Shown here piece after piece: positions 7,919 through 15,136 of a stretch of 15,836 nucleotides of DNA; the first letter of the stretch is position 1; each line of letters opens with the position of its first letter. Origin of the DNA: Planctomycetales bacterium. GTDB lineage: Bacteria > Planctomycetota > Planctomycetia > Isosphaerales > Isosphaeraceae. A program made the position numbers and the translations under genes. Location of the stretch: positions 1 to 15,836 of the forward strand of contig DAIDHE010000177.1 in NCBI GenBank assembly GCA_027459775.1, given 5' to 3'. Under the pieces are notes generated by a model, which saw only the letters and a program-made list of their open reading frames with translations, was not told where the DNA came from and did no database searches.

Positions 7919-8764
7919 TCAGGGTTCGCCCCGCGCTGCGCGAACGGCTTCCTTGTCCGCTCGGTCCGCGGCCTGCGCGAAGAGCCGGTATTGCCTCCGC
8001 ACGGCTTCGACGAGCGTGAGGTGGAGCGGCGCGGCGGGCGCGACGGTTCGGAGGCGACTCAGGATCACCGGCTCCATGGCGGGGGTGGACGGCTGGAGAA
8101 TCGTCGCCGTGGGAGCAAAAGGGAGGAGGAATGCCTGCGTGACCGCCAAACACGCGGCCCCCAGCGCCAGCCCGACGATGTGAGCGTCCGAGAACAGACC
8201 TCCCTGGAGAGCCGTCTCGAAGCCGCTTCGGCTACGGATTCGGGAGAGGGCCTCGGCAGGCGCTCTGCCACCCGATTCCGCCTCCGCGAGCATCCGGGCG
8301 TCGAGGAATTCCTCGAGCACCGCGACGTCCCGCCAGTCCAGGGCGCGCTCGGTCTCCTTGCTCTTGATCAGATCAGGGAGCGCCAGAAATGACAGAGTGC
8401 GTCCACCGTAGAGCCCCTTTTCCTTGCGAGCGTAGAGCTCCGAGAAAGGGGCCAGCAGGTGGTTTCCACACCAGAACTCGAGCCATTCCTCGCGGCCGTC
8501 CGCTAGCCGGCCTATCTGAAACCGTCGAAACGAGTGTGGACGCCAAGTCGGCCCCTCGATCACGGGTTTCCCGGCGAAAAGCGGGGTTGCCGGAAGTCGC
8601 GACGAGAGATCGGCCCAACTGTTAGGCGCAAGATGCAGGGCAAAGTCGGTGGTGTTACGACTCAACCCGTAGTACCTGACGGCGTGCCCCCCCATGACGA
8701 GGCAGGGAATCCCAACGCCGTCCAAGGCCGCGATGATTTCGGCGAGCCGGCTCTCGGGGTTCAC
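7919..8764 (-). CDS. Hypothetical protein, 281 aa, with an N-terminal nucleotidyltransferase-fold-like motif (GG..A..YG..R.T.D) in which the second Asp is degenerate
   Basis: LAEIIAALDGVGIPCLVMGGHAVRYYGLSRNTTDFALHL resembles the hGG..A....G...R..DhDh NTase signature (for example the aminoglycoside 2-double-prime adenylyltransferase LinB/Lnu type), but reads TDFA rather than D-x-D. GTG start at 8764 overlaps the stop of the upstream small ORF (GTGA junction). GAGGA 9 nt upstream. Confidence 0.45.
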   Translation of the reverse strand: MNPESRLAEIIAALDGVGIPCLVMGGHAVRYYGLSRNTTDFALHLAPNSWADLSSRLPATPLFAGKPVIEGPTWRPHSFRRFQIGRLADGREEWLEFWCGNHLLAPFSELYARKEKGLYGGRTLSFLALPDLIKSKETERALDWRDVAVLEEFLDARMLAEAESGGRAPAEALSRIRSRSGFETALQGGLFSDAHIVGLALGAACLAVTQAFLLPFAPTATILQPSTPAMEPVILSRLRTVAPAAPLHLTLVEAVRRQYRLFAQAADRADKEAVRAARGEP

Positions 8765-8997
8765 AAGAACGAGTCCTCGCGGCCCCGGCTGCCGCGGACG
8801 CGGAGGAGCGTGATGAGCGGATGCTCCGCGAGTTCTTCATCGGGGATCGGCTGCCCGAGCAATGCGAGGATCTCGGGGAGCGACTCGTCGAGGTAGATTT
8901 CCTCGGCCTCGTCCAGGGTTCTCGCCCTCCCGTCGAGGATGAGGCGCAGAACCGGATCGTCCGACACGCCAGGGATTTCCCCGTCCTTTGTCTCCAT
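8761..8997 (-). CDS. Small acidic hypothetical protein (78 aa), translationally coupled to the downstream 281-aa gene
   Basis: ATG at 8997 with GAGGGA 6 nt upstream. Acidic composition (many D/E). 4-nt overlap with the start of the downstream gene. No family recognised. Overlapping plus-strand ORF 8821-9027 is judged spurious. Confidence 0.3.
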   Translation of the reverse strand: METKDGEIPGVSDDPVLRLILDGRARTLDEAEEIYLDESLPEILALLGQPIPDEELAEHPLITLLRVRGSRGREDSFL

Positions 8998-9139
8998 CGA
9001 TCTTCCCTCGGCCGCCGTCGAGCTTGATTCTCGTCAGATCCACTTTAACACAAACGTCGACCGCCGTCGGGAGGGTCAGCCAAGGACGCCTACTTTTCGC
9101 CGCCAACAATGCGCGCATGAATGGATAGTCAGGCCAAAC

Positions 9140-9147
9140 GGGGGGGG
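9140..9147. repeat. G8 / C8 homopolymeric tract in the intergenic region upstream of the minus-strand small-ORF / NTase-like pair
   Basis: Read directly: aaacGGGGGGGGccaaat. About 145 nt upstream of ATG 8997 on the minus strand. Confidence 0.8.
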
Positions 9148-9238
9148 CCAAATGGTGGCTGTCCGCGATCGTTCGAGTTGGTCGATCAGGTCACGCGACA
9201 GTGAGACTACCTATGAATACCCACAACTTGTCAACCAA

Positions 9239-12191
9239 TCAAAATGTCCTTTTTAGGATTTCCCATTGATACTCAGCGATGGTCACTCCGGACTTGCCAT
9301 CGCGGCGTGGAGGGAACGCCGCGATCGCCGGTTGCACCGGCGCCGGCATCCCCGAGCCCTGCGCCGCCGGCTGGAACGTGGCGCCGGTGGAATCTTCGCC
9401 CACGCCGTCAAACGCACGCCGCTTCCCCGTGTCGTCCAGTTGCACGAACAGCTTCGATCGGTCCACGTGCTCGACGAGGTCAAAACGCGTCTCTCGCTTG
9501 CCGTCGGCGGTGACCCGCACCAGCCGAGGCCGACCCCAGAAGCCCCATTTCCAGCTCGGTGCGTTGCGGTCCATGGCCCGCGAATACGCATCGGTAATCA
9601 ACCGCAAGTGGACCGCGCCGGTTTTCTCAACGACCGCGTCCAGCGGGATGTCCCAATGCTGCCAGCCGGGATCCTTCTTGAGCAGCGCGCGTCGGAAGAT
9701 GGTGTGCCAGGCCCCATCGCCGCCGCGCGCCTGCACCGTGAAGACACTGCCAAGACAGAAGTAGTCGACGTCCCTGCTCAGACCGAGGTCGGTGCTGAGA
9801 TACAGGCCCGGCTCGTCCGCCTTGGCCTTTCGCGGGAGGACATCCACCTGTTTTTCCCAGTCGATGACAGAGCGGCGTTTCGTGGCGTTTCTTACCGACT
9901 CCGGAACCGGCCGGTTCCGGGAGGTCTTCAACCCGGCCTCGCCGCCGCAGTCCGACACGAACCGAGCGCGCAGGGATTCCAGCTTCTTCCGGAGCTGTGT
10001 TCCTTCGTCGCCGGTCTTGTAATCGTCTTCGTAATTGGCGAAGTAGAGAAGCTCGCTGGTTCTGGCGACATCCACCGCCGTGTCAAGATGCTTGGCCGCG
10101 GCATCGATCGGGCCGCCCTCGACGATCACCTGCTTCGCCTTGCGCGAGGCCAGGGCGGCCGTGCAAAGCAACTGCGATCGCCGGGTCGACACGCAAAAGA
10201 GGCGCAGCCTCTCCGTTTTGAAGAGCGTGTCGGCCGCCGCGTCGTAGCCATCCCATCGGAAGGCATCCGGGTCGTAGACCGGATGGTACAGGTCAGGCTC
10301 GCGGCCCGCGTAAAGCTTGAAGGCTTGCCGCGCAAGTCGGTCGGCTTCGTCCGCCATCACGGCCAGGAGCTGAAAGTCCCTGTGCAGCGGACCTCCGAAG
10401 AAAACGATGAAGGGATCGTCCTCGAGCACATGACTTTCGGACACGCAAGAATTCACGCCGTACGCCTTCCCGACCAAGGCGCCCACGTCACCCCCGTAAT
10501 AGATCCGGTACGCGTAATCCAGGAATCCGAAGTCGTCGTTGTTGTTGATGCCGGGCACGCCGCCGGGCCGCCAGAGATACTGCGCGCCCAGATAGCCGAA
10601 GACCTCGGTATTGGTCCACTGGAAGATGTAAGCCGTCGAGCCGAAGCCGCCGGCCGCGACCATCCGCCGCTGCTTGGCGCGATCCTCGGCGATGTCCACG
10701 CCGAGGTCGCCATGCACTCGATCATTGTTGATGTTGGAGATCCGCCAGCAGCCCGCCGCCGCTCCGCCGCGCCCGCCCAGAGTGGCGGCGCGATCCTTGC
10801 CCAGCAGCCTCACGTATTCCTCCTCGTTGTCCTCGAACAAGACGAACGGCAGCTTGCGACCCTGCTTCCGATCGATCAGCGCGAACCATTTCTCCCGATC
10901 CGCCCGGTCCTTGCCCTCTTTCATGATCCTGTTCATAAGAATATGGGAAATCAAATACATGTCTGGATCCGGTCGGCCGAGCGCCCGCGCGTGCTTGCGG
11001 ATGATCTGATCGAACTCGCGGGCGAGCCATGTGTAGTACTCGACATGCACGCCCAGCGGCGGTTGGTTGTTGTCCGTATCGGCGACGGATCGGAACCCGT
11101 ATTCCTCGGCCCAGGGCGCCCAGAACGTGTTGTAGCACTGCTCGTTCTGGTTCGGAACCTGGTAGGTTTCGGGGTCTTCGAAGACGAAGCCGTTGAAGCC
11201 CTGTTCCAGTATCCGCTTGATGAAGGCGTCCCAGTACTCGTGGACTCCAGGCGTGAACGGGATCGCCTCCCGAACGAAACTTTTCGCGTCAGCCTCGGGG
11301 TGGCGCTGGATGTAGAGGCCGTTGAACGTGTTCTTGCCGATGTAGGCGTGAACCTGGACGCCGCGGGCATTGGCATACCGGATCAGCTCGGGCAGGAACT
11401 CTTTCTTGATGTTTCGGTGGGTGTAACGGTAAGGAGTCTTTCGACCGGTCATCGGGTCATGGCGAAAGGAGTCGAAGTCGAGAGTATCCGCCTCGTAACC
11501 CGGCAGTGAGAAGGGCCACATCCCATACATGCAGACGGCCCAGGCGTTGCACTTGTGGAGCAGGGACCAATCGGCCATCCATTTCCACTCATCTAGGCTC
11601 CAGTTGCCGTTGTCGTATCCCTCGAAGCGGCTTCCCCATCCGGCGTACCAGGCCAACTGCGGCGCCAGGCAGCGCCATCTTGCATCAGGCCAGTCGCGAA
11701 TCGCGAGGCAGGGAATCGAGTCACGGTTCTCCCTGGCGGCCTGAATGGCCAGTTGGTTGACGGTCTGCACCCCGTAGAGCATCCCCCACTTACCCTTGCC
11801 GACGACCGTGACGCCGTCGGCGGTGATCGTCAGCACCGACGCCTCGGGACTGGTCTCGGCCTTGTCGAGGAACGACCTTTGCTCGTCCGTCAACCACCGA
11901 GCTTGGTATCCTTCCTCCACCGAGCCCAGACGGAAGGTCACCGACCGTCCTTGTTTCGGCAGATACCCGCGCAGCGACCGGACCGCGATTTGTTCCGTTT
12001 CCGAGGGCGCACGATCCGACTTGCTCTCTGGCGGACCCAGGACGAAGCGGCCGCCCTGGTGCTTGATCTCTTGTGGATAGGGCAACAGCTCCAACGTGTC
12101 CGCGCGAGCCGCCCCGTGGGCGACGCCCACGCCGCTGCCTACACCAACCGCCAGCGTGAAGGCCAAAACCAAAATAATATGAGCATTCATC
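9239..12191 (-). CDS. Large secreted glycoside-hydrolase-like protein with a GH20-like (beta-hexosaminidase / DUF4838-type) N-terminal domain and a C-terminal beta-rich (possibly carbohydrate-binding) domain
   Basis: Likely start ATG 12191 (MNAHIILVLAFTLAVGVGSGVGVAHGAARA, a signal peptide) with GGAAGGG 9 nt upstream. The ORF track's M at 12247 is an upstream in-frame extension. LLPYPQEIKHQGGRFVLG, GMLYGVQTVNQLA and IRDWPDARWR resemble the GH20 N-domain and the start of the catalytic domain (P-x-P ... G-x-FYG-xQTL ... I-x-D-x-P-x-x-x-WRG). Trp/Tyr-rich TIM-barrel-like middle region. Confidence 0.6.
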
Positions 12192-12746
12192 AGGCGGCCC
12201 TTCCGGATGGCGCCGTCGACCGATGGCAATACAATCCATTCACGCATTATTCAGACCCGGCCGGCACGTTTCGCGGCCAGGGCTGGAGCGCACATCGTAA
12301 CGCATCGGCGTCGCCGAGAACCTTCTGATTGCGCTCATGACGTGAGACCCGAGGCCAACCACAGCGTGCATGCGTGCATTCAAGGGAGTGACTCAAGATC
12401 TTTGCCGAGAGGGGTCGAAAGGAAGAAGGAATCGTTTCAGACGGCGCGGTTGGCGGGATGGGCGGGGGTGAATTCGGGGAATTGGCCGGAATCATTGGTC
12501 TTTGCCGGCTGATTCGTCCGATTCCATAAGCGAGAAATGAACCCGACGACCGCGCGTTCTTGCTGGTTGGGATTGACCGGTATGGCGTGCCGGGTCGATA
12601 CGCCTGAACGATCCTGACCTGGTCGCGGAGACCGGGACGTCGAATCAAGGACTGTTTCGAGAGGGAATGGATTCCCGACGGTGGTCGAGGCTCGCCATAG
12701 CGGTGGGCGGGAGCGATCGCCGGGTATGCCAAGGAGGGTGGATACG

Positions 12747-13199
12747 ATGGGTTTGCCCCGCATGAGCTCGCCACGAGGGTCCAAGAGGCGGCGCGTGGCG
12801 TTATGGTCGGCGCTGGCGGTGGGCTCGATCATGCCCTCGGTCGGCTGCCAGGTGGAATACGCTGGCATGACCTTGCCCACGGGCCGGTACATGCACGACG
12901 ACGTCCAGTATTTTCCGACGGCCCCGGATTTTCCCTGGGCGAACACGCAGGCCGCGACCCAACGAGCGCGGATGCGAGCGATGGGGATCGAGCCGCCGCC
13001 TCCGCCCGGCACGCTCGCGCCGGCCGCGGGGACGCTTGATCCGACCCAGAACCCGATTACGGGTCGGTCGACGAACGTGAACACGCAGCCAGAGCCGCCC
13101 ATGCCAGGTGTGCCCGCGCCCGCCCAGCCCGTGCCGGCCCAACCCTCCGCGCCGCAGGGCGTCCCCGCCCCAGGCGGAACCCCGCCTCCGGGGAACTGA
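12747..13199 (+). CDS. Putative lipoprotein / secreted proline-rich protein (about 150 aa)
   Basis: ATG 12747 with GGAGGG 8 nt upstream. N-terminus MGLPRMSSPRGSKRRRVALWSALAVGSIMPSVGC has a basic n-region, a hydrophobic core and an SVGC lipobox-like Cys. C-terminal half is Pro/Ala/Gln-rich (PAPAQPVPAQPSAPQGVPAPGGTPPPGN). Confidence 0.4.
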   Translation: MGLPRMSSPRGSKRRRVALWSALAVGSIMPSVGCQVEYAGMTLPTGRYMHDDVQYFPTAPDFPWANTQAATQRARMRAMGIEPPPPPGTLAPAAGTLDPTQNPITGRSTNVNTQPEPPMPGVPAPAQPVPAQPSAPQGVPAPGGTPPPGN

Positions 13200-13398
13200 A
13201 CGCAAACGACGCCATCACGGTGAAGTCCTGGCCACGCCCCGGCTCACCACCCGTGGAATTGATGAATCGCGGCGAGATCGTTTGATCCCCGAGGCCCAGG
13301 CCCAGGGAACGGACTATCTCGTCGCGATTCATTTGTTTATGGTTGAGGATCGTCAACGCGGTCGCTCGGCGTTTCCCCAATCTGGAAGGCTTCCGATC

Positions 13399-13728
13399 AT
13401 GCACAATCTCGCGATCGGCACTCTGGTCGTGTATGCGGTCCTCCTGGGCGTGGGAGGAGTGATCGGCTATCGCAAGGCGGGAAGCCGGCCCTCGCTGATC
13501 GCCGGCTCGGCCAGCGCCGCGGCAGCACTCGCCGCGACGGCGCTGATCTTCTGGAAGCCGTTTTGGGGCGAAGCCCTCGGCGTCTTTCTATCCTCGAATT
13601 TGATCAGCCTGTTTGGCTATCGATACGTCGCCCGCACACGCAAATTCATGCCCAGCGGAATGCTGGCCGTCTTGAGCGTCTTGGTCTTCGTGATCCTGAT
13701 CAGCGCGCTCGTGAAAGGCGGCTCCTGA
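13399..13728 (+). CDS. TMEM14 / UPF0136-family small four-helix membrane protein (109 aa)
   Basis: MHNLAIGTLVVYAVLLGVGGVIGYRKAGSRPSLIAGSASAAAALAA...RKFMPSGMLAVLS matches TMEM14 family hallmarks (GG-I-GY-x-K-x-GS-x-PSL-AG ... GKFMP-x-G). GGAAGG 9 nt upstream of ATG 13399. Confidence 0.65.
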   Translation: MHNLAIGTLVVYAVLLGVGGVIGYRKAGSRPSLIAGSASAAAALAATALIFWKPFWGEALGVFLSSNLISLFGYRYVARTRKFMPSGMLAVLSVLVFVILISALVKGGS

Positions 13729-13748
13729 CCGAGGAAACCGCCTCTCGG
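13729..13748. terminator. Weak imperfect hairpin (CCGAGG-aaaccg-CCTCTCGG) in the 42-nt gap between convergent genes. Possible bidirectional terminator.
   Basis: Read directly. 5-6 bp imperfect stem, no U-tract. Confidence 0.15.
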
Positions 13749-13770
13749 AAGGCCGCGCCCTGGCGGTTCG

Positions 13771-14679
13771 TCAGGGGATCTGGGCGGTCACCTGATGGAG
13801 CTGGCCGTCCTTGATCGCCTGGTAGTTGATCTTGAGCGCGGTGTCGGGCAGTGCGTTGGCGATAATCCAGGCCAGGTTGCCCGCGACCTCGGTCTTGTAG
13901 CCGTTGGCCGACAGAAGCACGTCGCCAACCTGAAGCCCCGCCTTTTCCGCGGGCATGCCGGAATAGATCTTGCTGATCCTCATCCCGCGCGCGCCCGTGC
14001 TGGAGACGGCCGGTTGCTCGTCAATGCCCAGGAAGCGCTGCTGGGTCGTGGCCGCGACCCCGCCATAGCCCGAGGAGTATCCAAAGCCGCCCACGCCGGG
14101 ATACGAATAATCATAGTATGGGTAAGCTCCCCCATAACCGAGGGCGCTGCCATAACCCAGGCCAAAGCCGTCCCAGCCATAGCCGCCCAGACCGTAGCCG
14201 CCCAGACCATAGCCGCCCAGACCATAGCCCAGACCGTAGCCCAGACCCAGGCCGTAGCCGCCCAACCCGTACCCGAGGCCATAGCCATACCCCAGGCCGT
14301 AGCCGCCCAGACCGTAGCCGCCGAGTCCGTATCCCAGGCCGTAGCCGCCATAAAAGCCGGGGTAGAAGCCGCCATATCCGCCAAAGCCACGACCGTAGCC
14401 GTAGCCGCGACCGTAGCCATAGCCGCCATAGCCGCGACCGTAGCCGCCCATGCCGCCGTAGCCGCCCATGCGGCCGCCAAAGCCGCCCATGCCGCCGCCA
14501 AAGCCGCCCATATGGCCGCCGCCGAAGCCACCGCCACCGAAGCCACCGCCATGCCCACCGCCTCCACCACCACCTCCGCCATGGGCGAAGGCCGAGGACG
14601 CACCCAGGCCAAGGAGCCCGAGCGCGGACCCCAGGGCCAGAACAACCAGCCACCTCTGATGCCGCACAGAATTCTTCAT
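13771..14679 (-). CDS. Secreted protein with a long Gly/Tyr/Met/His low-complexity repeat region fused to a C-terminal PDZ domain
   Basis: Likely start ATG 14679 (MKNSVRHQRWLVVLALGSALGLLGLGASSAFA-HG, a signal peptide) with GGAGAGGAG 7 nt upstream. The track's M at 14745 is an in-frame extension. About 190 aa of G9-H-G3-F..., MGGFGGGMGG, GYGRGYG and (GYGLG)n repeats. C-terminal GMRISKIYSGMPAEKAGLQVGDVLLSANGYKTEVAGNLAWIIANALPDTALKINYQAIKDGQLHQV is a canonical PDZ. Confidence 0.6.
   Translation of the reverse strand: MKNSVRHQRWLVVLALGSALGLLGLGASSAFAHGGGGGGGGGHGGGFGGGGFGGGHMGGFGGGMGGFGGRMGGYGGMGGYGRGYGGYGYGRGYGYGRGFGGYGGFYPGFYGGYGLGYGLGGYGLGGYGLGYGYGLGYGLGGYGLGLGYGLGYGLGGYGLGGYGLGGYGWDGFGLGYGSALGYGGAYPYYDYSYPGVGGFGYSSGYGGVAATTQQRFLGIDEQPAVSSTGARGMRISKIYSGMPAEKAGLQVGDVLLSANGYKTEVAGNLAWIIANALPDTALKINYQAIKDGQLHQVTAQIP
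14050..14580 (-). repeat. Coding tandem-repeat / low-complexity region: degenerate 15-nt (GYGLG) and related Gly-codon repeats
   Basis: Plus strand shows reiterated ccgtagccgcccagacc / catagcc / gccaaagccgcccatgccgcc units. Overlapping Arg/Trp- or Ala-rich ORFs in other frames and on the plus strand are frame artefacts of this repeat. Confidence 0.7.
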
Positions 14680-14970
14680 CTTTGGGCTCCTCTCCGCAAA
14701 GCTCACGTCCCTCGCCAGTGAAATGAGATCACACGCTCCGGACAATCGCCGGTCGCGACCCCAATCGCGAAGGGCCTCCTCTTATAGAATACGCACAACA
14801 CGCTTCGCCGGACCATGGATCCTGGAAAACCCGCTCGCGAGGAACCAGCACACGATTCGACTTGAATCAACGAAAATCCACGCCACGATTTGCTCGAGGA
14901 CTCCTGACCACCGCGTTTTCCCCAAGCGAACAGCAGCCCGAAATCGCGCCGGGGAAAAATCTCCAGACCC

Positions 14971-14999
14971 TTGACGACCGCCGTCCGAGCGGATAATCT
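14971..14999 (+). promoter_or_regulatory. Candidate sigma70-like promoter: TTGACG, then a 15-17 nt spacer, then GATAAT/TAATCT, reading toward the gene at 15137
   Basis: Read directly in the 390-nt lower-GC divergent intergenic region: cccTTGACGaccgccgtccgagcgGATAATCTg. It would give a 5'UTR of about 130 nt. Confidence 0.25.
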
Positions 15000-15136
15000 G
15001 CTCAACGCATCTGATTCTGATCACGTTTCCGCGATCTGCTCCGCGTCAAGCATTCAAAACGATTGCTTTTCTGAATCCGTTCCGTGCGTCGTTTGTCGGT
15101 CTCTCTCCCAGATCCGCAAGCACCAAGGTTCGCTCC

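Noticed and set aside
8821-9027. Plus-strand 68-aa ORF overlapping the minus-strand small acidic ORF
   Set aside because: No Shine-Dalgarno. The minus-strand ORF has a Shine-Dalgarno and translational coupling to the downstream gene. Only one of the two can be real, and neither is certain.
12207-13102. ORFs 12207-12512 (plus), 12247-12774 (minus) and 12437-13102 (minus) in and around the long intergenic region
   Set aside because: No Shine-Dalgarno or start context. Arg/Pro/Ser-rich composition. They overlap the better-supported lipoprotein gene or lie in the divergent promoter region. Treated as non-coding.
14111-14726. ORFs 14111-14653 (minus), 14118-14726 (plus), 13980-14645 (minus), 13795-14721 (plus) and 14468-14659 (plus) encoding Arg/Trp-, Arg/Ser/His-, Ala- or Pro-rich proteins
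   Set aside because: All are alternative frames or strands of the Gly-codon tandem repeat (GGC/GCC periodicity). Only the minus frame giving a signal peptide plus PDZ domain is biologically coherent.
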